NCBI GenBank assembly: GCA_965285935.1
Contig: OZ260662.1
Span: 76,942,001 to 77,006,000 of the forward strand
DNA from: Ophelia neglecta
Lineage: Eukaryota
DNA: 64,000 nucleotides
Reading direction: 5' to 3'
The position numbers were made by a program, and so were the translations under genes. Every line of letters begins with the position of its first letter. Position 1 is the first letter of the stretch. Below are positions 1-21,110 of this stretch, one piece after another. The notes under the pieces are model-generated. The model was not told where the DNA came from and made no database searches. It saw nothing but the letters and a program-made list of their open reading frames with translations.

Positions 1-65
1 AACTGATTCATTTTTATTGGTCTAAGCAATAAATTGTGAGCAGTTCTCTTAATCATATTTTGCAG

Positions 66-3000
66 GCAAGTTTGTCTCTATGAGCATGTTGCCACAAGAC
101 TCAGTGCATTTGTTGCCTCAATACCGGCTAAATACTTCTCGCTTGTGGTAAGTGTCATTAGTAAATCTAATATTTTGAATATAAAATGTCAGTAATTACA
201 TTGTTATCTAATTGTTAAGGTTTGTTCTTCAGTAACAGAGTATACACTGTATACACTGGTCCACTGTGTCTTTGAAATGGTTCAGCTGTTTCTTGGTCCT
301 ATTAAGTAAGCCTTCCCTGTGTGTTAAGGACTTAAGGTGAAGGTGATAGACTTGATGATAGCTGATCATTGCTGGCTGTCACACCCTGGAGCTGCCCTCA
401 GTCCTAGCCTGTGTTCTTAGTCATTTGACCCTGACACTTGCTCAGACAGCTGGGAGTGTCCTCAGTGACATTGGGAGTGTATTTACATAGCAATTAGGTT
501 GAGCATATATTATGTGGCATTAAATGTATGTTTGTTTGTAAGGTTAATGCTTTAAGCTGCCTGAAGAGTGACATTGGCATTGGTTGACCAGGTAACCCCT
601 GTTTGAACTGAGAACCAGATCTGCTCTGGTGTACCTTTAATCAGGTCATGCAGAGTGTATTCGCATACACACTGCTACACCCATATATTGTTTTATAAAC
701 ACTGACCGGCTTGATTGTTGGACATTTTACTAGCCTCCATCCAGTCTTGCAGTTCTTTTCACCAGCATTTTTCGGTGAACCGTCTGCCACAGTTGTCGGA
801 TAACAAGCAACCAGAATATTGTACAGCTGTGCGAGTGTGCCACCATGTCTTCTGTGTACAGCAGTGCCTCTCCTCCAACAGATGGGACTGTCATGTCCTA
901 CGATTATCAAGGCTACCAAACCAGCTACCCCATGCAATATGCTGACTACTATTCCTGCATGGGTTATGGCTACTACGAGCCTGTGTCTTGTAAGAGTGAC
1001 CATATGTCCTCCTATATGGTGTCTCCCTTCCCAGTTAGTTCCCAGCAGAATGGACATTGTGTTCCCAGAATGATTAATTCATGTTTGTCCATTGGTAGTC
1101 CAGACTCTGGATACGATAGTCTTCAAAGATCTCGCACACCGTCACCTGTTATGGCACAGCCACCTTTATGTGCTCCCTATACTACTGACACTTACCACCA
1201 CTGTCCAGCCATTAAGCCTGAAGTAGTAACACAGGTTGCAAGCACACTATCTACCAACATATCACCTAGCAGTACGTTAATGGATCCCCCTAGCCTTATT
1301 GACAGGTATCAGAAGCCAGATGACTCTTACATTGCCATGGTGTCCATGGCGATCCTCAGCGCGCCCAGTGAGACTATGATACTGGCTAACATCTACAAAC
1401 ATATGCAGGAGAACTATCCGTATTTCAAAACAGCCAAGTGTTCCTGGCGTAACAGTGTACGTCACAATCTATCCACTCATGGTTGTTTTATCAAAACCCG
1501 TCGAGCCTGTAATGGTAAAGGCTTCTTCTGGGGCATCCATCCATCGTGCCTTGAGAGCTTCAGATGTGGTGACTTTGATCGTCGTTTGGCAAAACGTCGC
1601 GTTCAGCACAGCTTCAAGGGTCGCCGGGCCTCGCCAGTCATCACAGCCTCGCCCAGTGTGGATCCCAAGGGCGGACCCCAGTCTCCAGACTCCGGGTACT
1701 CCAGTCCACCCCACGATCACCAAGACCTTCGTGAAGAAGCTGATTATGTTGCCATGGAAACCACCCCTGTTACTAGATACCACTCCATTCTGGACAGACA
1801 GGTGATCAAACGCCCCACTAAGAAGCAGAGAACTGAACTCTACAATGCCTGTGCTCATCTTCTGGGATACTGCTAAATTTTCCAAACCATCATTAAAGTT
1901 TGGCGTTTAAAATTTGTGTAAAATCAACTTGTATATGGAGCTTGTTCAGCACCTTGCCTGAACACTGTCAGCTGTCAAAGAATTATTTTTCCGGAAATAT
2001 TTATTGGGCAATTTGCTGGACAGTTGTGATTACGACTACAGTTAATAAGTTCTGATTTATCGTTATAGATATTGCCATGTGATATAATTTGACCGACCAG
2101 TATTTGACATTTTATAAAGTGCTTACTAAATGTTGTTTTTATATTTAACATTTATATTTAAATTGAAGTGTGTTTACATTGTTTGTTATATTAAACTGTT
2201 GATGCATAAATGTTCTTTACTGTTTTGTTATCTGTTGATTAGTTTGATCTATCGTTGAAACTGTAATTTTCTTAACAACCATATGTTTACCAATCATCTT
2301 AGATGAGATATTATGCACAAAGGTCAGTGGCCTAGGGTCCCTTTTGGTAGAATCCAAACATTAACAAAGTTGATTTACATCAATTACAAACTTTGTCTTG
2401 GGCCCTAAACTTTCTTTTCACTTGCCTTTTAGACATCTGTATTGAGCTAAGTTTTGGGGTGATTTTATGTGTTTAATCTCTTTACAGCATAAATTCATCA
2501 CTTATATAATTGAATTTTGATAATAATATATGGTGGCTGGATTGAGAAATCAATATGCAGGAGTGTCACGCAAGTGTAGATATCCTACAAATGCCAGCCA
2601 GAATCACATCAGGAGCAGTCAGCCCCTGTAGCTAATGTGATAATTAAGGTGCTAGCTAACTAATGATATTTTGATCAACACATTTACAACTCTTCCTCTG
2701 ATTTTTAGGTATATTCTAGTAAATGTTTGACCCAAAAAATCCTGGTGAAGTTTGTCGCCAGCATATCAGAGTTCATGTTTACAGTTCACTGATAACCAAC
2801 AGTTACTGTTCTGACAAATAAGATGAAGAACAAAAATCTACCCCTCAAATACTCCAAATAGGCCATTTTCTTTGAAAAAAGGGTGGGAAAGGTTTTTATG
2901 GGGACCCAGGATGAACAGCTCCTAATAACACATATAAGTGGCACCACCTGTAATTAAATTCTGGGTTCTGCTTCTTAATGTTTATTTATATTTCTTTTCT

Positions 3001-6000
3001 TCATGTGACAGGTTCCTGCTCATAAAAAGTAAACAAGATATCTACTGTGTAATAAAACAAGTACATTTATCTATATGTACATCTGTTAAGAAAATATCTG
3101 CAGAAAAGAATGACTGATTGGAATGTTTTGCTTTCTCCTTTAAGGAGGAAACTCTATTAGAGAATGTTTTGTCCAAAAATGAGTTGACTGCATGTACAGC
3201 AATAGATGTTTGGTGTTTTGCCGCTAGGTAAGTAGTAGCTGCAATAAATATAAGAAGTATAGATAATCCCTTTTTATCTCTGAAACATTCATTTCTTCCT
3301 CCTTTCAAAGCTAGCTTTGATTTCAGATATGGAACGGCAGACCTCTGCCGAGATCAGTGCCATTTCCTAACAAACCTCCTTATCACCAATGCCTTCTCCC
3401 CTTCCCCTGAGTGCTGCCATCTGGTGGTGCTCATCAAGAGATTATTTAAATTCTTAGCTCCACAGCACCAGGTAAGCTCAAGAAGCTCTTAAATACCTTT
3501 TTCTGATAGGCATTTTTATCCAGCTCTGCCTTTGTATAAAATATTAAGGGCGCCTTCTTATGTTGTCCTCCAGCAGTTATTTTTATGGCCGAACATAAAA
3601 ACAATCGATGGATACTTGCTAAGCTTTCCCTGTGCATATTAAATGAAAGTTTAGCCAAACACAAGGGCATATAACAGATTGCTTCCAGCCCTTCCTGATT
3701 GTGACAGCATGTCTTTAGCCCAATAGTCTTAAACTAGTCTATACTCACCCAATACCAAATCAATTTATTACTATCTTGTTCATTTCTTGTTTTTTAGAAT
3801 CCTGATGTATTCCTCATTTGTATAAAACATTAAAGTGAGAATCCAGCTATGAGTTTCAAGAACACAACAAAATTGCAGGTGCCATTGCATTTTCAGCTGC
3901 TGTAGTACATGACTCACCCTGTCCATCTTCAGGACTTTCACTATTTAATATGTTTATTCCACTACACTGAAAAATTTAATTATAGATTAATATTGTTAAC
4001 ACCAATGCCTGTAAAACCAAGGATTTTTTTAAAGCACCAATTTTCATAGTATTATTATTATTATTACATTTTATATTTCCTTTATATATTTATATACATG
4101 TATATTTATATGTTTGGTATGCATCTCTTCTGTTTCAGTCCTTTTGTATTTTTGTTCCTGTTGACATATATTGTCTGTTTACTTATTTTGTACTTATTTT
4201 ACATATTTATTAGTGCCTTGACAAAAATCAACAATTTGAATTGAATAATTATTTGTTTTCAGGAAGAGTTCCTACAATCCTTCCCTGTCTCATCCCATTT
4301 TGGCCTGTGGAGTTACATCAGCTTCGAGTTCCTGCCGTCCTCTCAGATGGAACCAGTTGTGGAGACCGTGCTAACACAAGCCTCAGCTATTATTCAGCAC
4401 TGGCTGAATACAACCCAGAACACTGCAAGTGATGCTCTTAAACTAGTAAGTGTACTAGAAAGATGATTTCCCTATGCTCTCTTCTTATCCCTGGGCCCAT
4501 TGCCCACTGCAAACATGTCCTCCTCAGGCAAAAAGCCTATGTCCATCCTATGTCTTCAGCCATGGTTGTCGTTTCCCAGAGAAGATCCCTTCTCCCCCCC
4601 CCCCCCCCCCCATTTATGGAGTTTTAATACACCACAGCCTCTCGTTATAAGCTTTGCATTAGCTTTTTACACAAGCTCAAATGCTGGGACTTAGCCCATG
4701 TGTGCTCATTGGCTTGATCTACTCTAATAGGGAATCCCATTGGTGGAAGTGGAATTCACTGGCATGATTATTTTCATTTTTACACATTTGCTTTTTTAAG
4801 TAACAAATTGATCCTCAGGTCATTAATAAAACACATGTACTAGATGCAGTCTATCACATAGCAAAATAGCAAATTGTCGATCCCAAAAGTAAATATTCCA
4901 TACTTTAAGGCTTTATTATGGTAATAATAGATAACTCTATTGCAAAGCATTGCCAGTTGAGTGCATTGTAAATAATAAGCAATTGTGTAATGTGTAGTTT
5001 GAAAACTTAATTGAGAGAATGGCTAGCTGTAATTTATAATAACTTGTAATTACCTGCTTATGTCTTTTACTGTATTTCAGAGTCAGGCATGTCTCTGCCT
5101 GAGATCTGTGTATTCTGCCTTGTTTAAGGCAAATGACACTGTTCCCTCATCACATCATCAGACAATCAAAGAAACCTGCACCAAGGTATTCCTGGCGGTC
5201 AGTGTAGAAGATGTCAGTAACTACACTGTCATGAGATTAATGGTGTCCAACTTGGTAGAAGTATTAGCATACATTGCTTTTGGCCAAGATGATGCTGAAA
5301 TATTGAAGGTCAGTATCTCTCAGTATCGCAAAGTATCGCAAAGTTCATTGGACCATGTTTACAATGGACCCAGTTGACCGACATCCAGTACTAGAAATAT
5401 TTAAATGTGTGTATTTTTTAATGTTTGCAGACATAAGTTAAAAGCATTTTACCAGCACCCGTGTTGATTGTAGTGTTCAACAATGAAGGAAGTTTTACGC
5501 TTTGTTGTGCAAGTATAGGTTCAGTGAGAAGTTATAGGACTCGAATTATATAATAATGTCACTTCAACAGGACTATATGCTATTTTAGGCAAATGAATGT
5601 AGTATTACTTTTTTCAGATATTGTCTCACTTGTCAATTCTCCTTTCTACAAGTGATACCATGAAGTTTGCCTCTTTGGTCTACCTTCAAGCCCTGGGGAG
5701 GAAAGTTTTTTCACCTTCTTTTGAGGTAGATATTTCAGTAGTGTAATTAAATGACAGTTTTACTAGGCTTTTGTCTTATTTTGTATCATTTATGTGAAAA
5801 TAGTATGGTGCGTCTGTTAAAAGTTTAAAATGAAAAGAGGTTTTTAAATGTTTTCAAGAAATATGTCTTATATTTAGGCCAAACTTAGTGTACAAATGCA
5901 CATATTTACCAATATTATTACCCTTAAATACTGCATGTGCAATGGCAAAAAACACTGGCTCTGAAAACACGCTTCAGTGGTTTAAATGAATCAGTGAATT

Positions 6001-7458
6001 TCAGCAAACCCAGATCCTCCAGCTGGTTCCTGTGATATTCAGCCAGTTGCTGTCAGATGATTCCCCTGCAGTCCACCAGAGGTCCTTGGAGGTGTTCTCC
6101 GTCTTTGCGGAGGAGACAACCCATGAGACTATGGTACCTGATAGCATTCAGTCAAATGACAGGGTTCAAGAGGCTGTGGTCACATATCTCAATCAGGTAC
6201 ATGGCTATACTACATGTGTAGTAACCTGCTATTTTTCTTATTGTATGTATAAGCAGTAACTCCATGTGTGAGGAGTAATCAACACTGTAAAGCAGGCTGA
6301 TATTAATTAGCCATGCTGATATGCAGGTGATGGTTATGTAGCTGATACTGTTTCAGCAGACGCATAGAACAATCAAGTTGTTTTCTGTATACCTGATACC
6401 ATAAATCATAGTTTATAAACGTGTCAGGTGCATTATCAACATCTAAACTTCTAGTGTAGTGATAATACTACTAGTTGACTTGCTTTTTCATGTATAATAT
6501 TGATTAGATAAAATCGTATACAGAATTCAACCTCTGGGGAATGAGTTTGAGGGTTTTTGCAGGATATTTCCCGACCCTCCAGGACTTGTGGGCATCTCCC
6601 TCTATCTACTGTTAAATACCAGCCCCACTCACAAAATTTTTGCCATTAACCCTCAGAAAACAAATTAATTTACCCAGTAGGCATTGATGATGCCAGTCTC
6701 AACCCTATAAATCTACTATGAATTTTGATATACTATAGTTATGTAAAAATTTCAATTAATTATTACATATCTATTTGAAGCTTGCAAACAATGGGTCATT
6801 AACAGCATGTGATCTGTCAGTCATCCAACAGCAGACTGATGAACTGCACAGCTACCATAAATCAAGCTCTGAGGACTTGTATACAGCTAGTGAATGGCCT
6901 TCAGGGAGTGCCCCAGCACGAACAGCAGACCAAGCGGTAGGCCCTTTACATGTTCACATACTTGTATAGATAAGTTTGTAGATCTCTTAGAAACAAAGAC
7001 TTAACAGTCAGTTTTGAGTGGTATATATGTACAGATATTTATGGAGAAACAAGCAGGCCTGTGCTTAAGTGCTTAAGGTTGGCGCTACATAATTTATTGC
7101 TGATCTTTGACATGCAGTATTATAATTTGGTTAATTTAACATGCCTTCCTCATCCATTAGTTTTTGTACCCTATTTTTGTCCTTGTGCCTTATTTGCTTT
7201 GAATGAAAATGCTGACATTTGCACTTTATTTAAACTATTTGAATTTTTATACACCAGGACAAAGCCCCTGCCAGCAAGAGAGCAAGACAGGAACCAGAAC
7301 CGCCTGCGGATTCTGATTTCAAGGAGGTTTTAAAAACTCTACAAAACTGTGTAGATTCACTGTGTAGCTGGAGAGCACAGCACCCCTTCCCTCAGTGGGT
7401 CACAGAGGACATTAAAAAGGTCCACCAGCAAATGGAAAATAGGCTCTATACCAGTTGA
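66..7458 (+). CDS. FIRRM: FIRRM / C1orf112 homolog, 3' portion (5' exons lie before the window)
   Basis: GT-AG exons in consistent phase: 66-147, 3145-3227, 3327-3471, 4263-4445, 5081-5308, 5618-5725, 6005-6196, 6781-6936, 7258-7458 (TGA). Spliced peptide includes LYEHVATRL, AIDVWCFAARYGTADLC, LIKRLFKFLAPQHQ, FAEETTHE and PASKRARQE, matching human C1orf112 motifs as I recall them (AMDAWCFLARYGTAELC, LLKRLFFFMAPPHQ, FAEGTNHE, PAAKRARQE). Confidence 0.9.
694..699 (+). promoter_or_regulatory. Candidate TATA box for the nested Fox gene
   Basis: TATAAA about 150 nt upstream of the Fox ATG; motif only. Confidence 0.4.
845..1876 (+). CDS. Intronless forkhead-box transcription factor, FoxQ2-like (343 aa), nested in a FIRRM intron
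   Basis: Forkhead domain KPDDSYIAMVSMAIL...SWRNSVRHNLS...NGKGFFWGIHPSCLESFRCGDFDRRLAKRRV. The W-x-IHP...GDF-x-RR tail is typical of FoxQ2. Perfect Kozak GCCACCATG; in-frame TGA upstream at 776-778. Confidence 0.9.
   Translation: MSSVYSSASPPTDGTVMSYDYQGYQTSYPMQYADYYSCMGYGYYEPVSCKSDHMSSYMVSPFPVSSQQNGHCVPRMINSCLSIGSPDSGYDSLQRSRTPSPVMAQPPLCAPYTTDTYHHCPAIKPEVVTQVASTLSTNISPSSTLMDPPSLIDRYQKPDDSYIAMVSMAILSAPSETMILANIYKHMQENYPYFKTAKCSWRNSVRHNLSTHGCFIKTRRACNGKGFFWGIHPSCLESFRCGDFDRRLAKRRVQHSFKGRRASPVITASPSVDPKGGPQSPDSGYSSPPHDHQDLREEADYVAMETTPVTRYHSILDRQVIKRPTKKQRTELYNACAHLLGYC
2190..2195 (+). terminator. Candidate poly(A) signal (ATTAAA) of the Fox gene
   Basis: ATTAAA followed by a GT-rich tract at ~2211-2236; I saw no AATAAA in the 400 nt after the stop. 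Confidence 0.45.
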
Positions 7459-7654
7459 TGATTCATTGGTTGGATTCCGTATCAAGTCTATCAGCAAACG
7501 GAGAGTTAACAATGACTATTAAATGAAGATCCCAAATTTTAAAGTAATATAATATCAATACACAAGTGTCACTTTTCTGACCATGATTACTGATATGTTA
7601 TGTAGTTTTAGTGTTTAAATATTCTTTGTATTGGACATTATATATACATTTGTA

Positions 7655-7660
7655 AATAAA
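7655..7660 (+). terminator. Candidate poly(A) signal of FIRRM
   Basis: AATAAA ~200 nt after the stop, followed by a T-rich tract; second AATAAA at 7699-7704. Confidence 0.5.
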
Positions 7661-9803
7661 TGAGAAGACATTTTATTTGTTATTTTTTTTATTTTGTTAA
7701 TAAATAATCAAATATATGCTCATCTTCATAAATAATTTTACTGTGCTAGAACAAGTATGCATGGTAGTAAAATACAACTAAAACATTACATCAGGTAGAA
7801 GCCTTGTTAGTAACAATCGAGGAAACAGTGTCATATAACACAGTGTTAGACGCAGACGTGTTCAGTACATTTAATACCATTGTAATTTCCTACACCTGTA
7901 CAGGCTGAGACAGCAGATTTCTGTACATACACCTTCATAACACACATTTAAAAACTTGGGGAGATTCATTCACAAATGAAAGCTACAAAAGAACTTCCAT
8001 TTTCACAATCAAACAACTAATATTTGGAACAGGAGTAAATATGTGTTCAATGAAATAAAAATGGATCTAATTTTGAACCAAATGATTTTTTTTCAAGATT
8101 CTCCAGATTAAGTTAAATTTATGCAAAATGAGGGAAACTCAAAGCAGTTAAAACAAACAAAAAAACATTAAAAGTCTAGTTCAGATAAATACAATGGATT
8201 AGTATCAAATACAAAGCATAGCAATGCTAGTGGAACTACAATAAATAAACATTAATTAATAATACAGGGATGGCAGTGAGATGACTACAGTACTATGGCC
8301 TTGCGGACGACATCTTTCATTGAAAAAGCAAAATCAGCTTCTGATGAAACCATTTGGAATCACTTTCTCTTTTTAAACAAATCCTTTTAAATTGCACCAA
8401 GGAAAGAAAAAATGACTAACTTAAACAGTACTTTTATGTCCACCTTTGCTGCAATTAATATGGCCTTCAGGTGAAAGAAAAGAAACATCCTCACATAAGC
8501 ATTTTTATCCAAACAATTAAAATCCCTACTGACTAGCAATGATTAGTGTTTATTTGCAATGTGAGAACAAAAGTGAAATTAATACTAGAATTTTAACTGA
8601 TTTTCCAAGTGTCAAGCTAATGAACAATAACCAGTTAGTTTGCTGCGATATACATATGCTAAATGTTACAGATGAGTAAAACTTCAGTCAGTGCCAACCA
8701 AGTTAGCAAGTGGTACAAAAGTTCAACTTGGTTGAGGCAGACAGTGACACAGTTTCCTTGGAGATCATTTAACTATTTGGTTTTTACACTAAATCAGCTT
8801 GTGACTTTGAGATATCCCTGTTGTACACTTTAAGTACATATACTTGTTCAGTGTGAGCTTTCCAGGGGGAGTGTAATCAGGGTCAGGCGGAAACAAACCC
8901 TCCAAATAACATAAACTGGTTAACAGCAGGTACTCCCCCCCCCCCCCCCTCCCCCTCGGTACCAGAGATCAGTCGTCTGCTAGTACTTAGTTCCTTAAGA
9001 CTTACTCTGCAGTAGTCCACATGCTGTCAATATATCACCAGATTTCAGCAAATGAATTGAAAATATGTTGATGCCCTTTTGCCTTATTTGGAATAGAGCT
9101 TGCATGTCAAGCTGCTGATTATAATAATGAAACAAATAAACCCAAATAGTAACTGTGTCTTACACATCTTACTTATTCTGGAATTAATAACGGTTAACTA
9201 ACACTAATACCTATGCATGTTAGTTATGACTAGAGAGCCCAGAGATTGGGAGATGTGTGTCACATGATACTGCTGGGTGATAAACATGTTAAAAGCTCAG
9301 GCAATAAGACATCAACAAAATGTCTGGAAATGTAGTTTGAAATTGGAATGGCTTTTTGCTTAGACTTAAGTACATATACATTGTGTTAATGTATGGTCGC
9401 AAATAATTGTTAAGAATATGGAATGCATTGTACAGTGTTGTTATCAATTAATTGGTAGTCCCAAACAGACGTACACTCACATTGGTACCAACAACTAAAC
9501 GACACTAGTTATTGGGTATACATCAGACGACACCTACAGCTATCGCCATAGAAACAAGGAGGGTTTCAATTATTCCAGGAATGTTAGAAGAGCTGTCTTT
9601 GGTTCAACAGCATTATAGTACAAAACCTTCAGGAGAAAGTTTCCCCTAATGAAATATCACCTGCTTATCTGGTCTGCAGTAACTTTGGGAGGAGTCTGCA
9701 AGTTATAGTCTAGTGAGTGGTGAACTCCAATAGGATATTTATATACACACATTTGAGAAATTGTATAGTTTGTGGCATCTAGAAAAGCGACACTGATGAG
9801 AGT

Positions 9804-20052
<10,249 letters not shown>

Positions 20053-20158
20053 GGTCGGTTATGTCAGGGTACTCCCAGCACAAGATCACGTCTACTATGT
20101 TCGACAAAACTACCGAATTTGGATGAGAAATGAGCGAAATAAAGGGCTTCCTTTTCAC

Positions 20159-20250
20159 AATGGCGGTAACAGCACGTGTTAGAGGGTTACAGAGTCTCGG
20201 CCAATCAGCTTCTTTCAGCCGCCGGAAACATTACCTTCAGCCCCGCCTCC
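20159..20250. promoter_or_regulatory. CpG-rich proximal promoter of ZMYND19
   Basis: Motif cluster 110-200 nt upstream of the ATG: ATGGCG (YY1-like, ~20160), CACGTG (20173-20178), CCAAT (20201-20205), CCGGAA (ETS-like, 20222-20227), CCCCGCC (20241-20247). Confidence 0.55.
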
Positions 20251-20930
20251 TTTGCACAGGCTTGTGTTCCGAGTTGTTGTCAGCAGATTGTGTTTGTTTA
20301 CGTGTACCGCGTGCCATGTGCCAAAAAAAAGGTTACATTACACCTGTGGGTTCCTTTTGCAGATTGGGGATAGTCTTTAATGACAGAAGGTTGTCACCTG
20401 TATGACATTTAGATTAGGGTACGGCAAGGTGCTATACACATTTTGATATCTCGACAATTCTGTGATCAGCTGTTGATAAGAAATGTGAAACTCTGACACC
20501 AGATATTTCTGTTTATTCCAAGGCGGCTGCCTCACAAAGCTCTTGATCTGACCGCTGATTGCAATCGTCACTGCATTACTGCAGTCTTCGTGCGGGTCTG
20601 TTTGCATGTACCGGCTGTACAGTAAAAGTGAAAATAGGACTAATGAATTACCATTTAATAAAAAGGAAAAATAAACAATCTTAATGTTTATTGATATATA
20701 TCTATATTATAGGGTAGGCCTAGTTCAGTAGCATATAATAGTAAGTAGCAAATTAAGCGAGGAGGTCTCTGTTTTCGGTTCACAGTTTTAAATTGGGCAC
20801 ATCCCGAATATCCGTATTTTTATAATCTGGATTTTCTCATCAGACTTAAGGTTTTCCCATATCCCGATAATTTGAAATAATGAATCCCGATTCACGGGAT
20901 ATTAAACAGAACATTCAGAACATACTGAAT

Positions 20931-21110
20931 CCCCGGGGGGGGGGGGGGCACTTACTGTATGTAGGTAAATGGGTATGTGCCGCCCGAATGACCCTTTTTT
21001 CCCTACATTTTCTCTCTCAATGACCCCTATTTTACAACGTTTTCTCTCTGGATGGCCGTTTGAAAGTTGTTTTTTTTCTCTCAAATGACCCTTATTCCAC
21101 AGTCCTAATT
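20931..21110. mobile_element. Degenerate repeat end, possibly a DNA transposon remnant
   Basis: CCCGGG(G)n-CACTT...GGGTATGTGCCGC followed by repeated ATGACCC motifs. A related motif occurs on the opposite strand at ~38680-38743. Confidence 0.4.

Noticed and set aside
743-845. FIRRM-Fox fusion via alternative splicing
   Set aside because: The best acceptors (AG at ~744, 752, 765) are out of frame with Fox. The in-frame AGs (814, 826) lack a pyrimidine tract, and Fox has its own Kozak start. Not excluded without RNA data.
641-1885. Overlapping and antisense ORFs around the Fox gene
   Set aside because: Shadow frames of a GC-richer coding region with no recognisable motifs.
20138-20270. U11 snRNA (AAAGGGCTTC match)
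   Set aside because: Only ~10 nt match, with no Sm site or other U11 motifs; better explained as ZMYND19 promoter.
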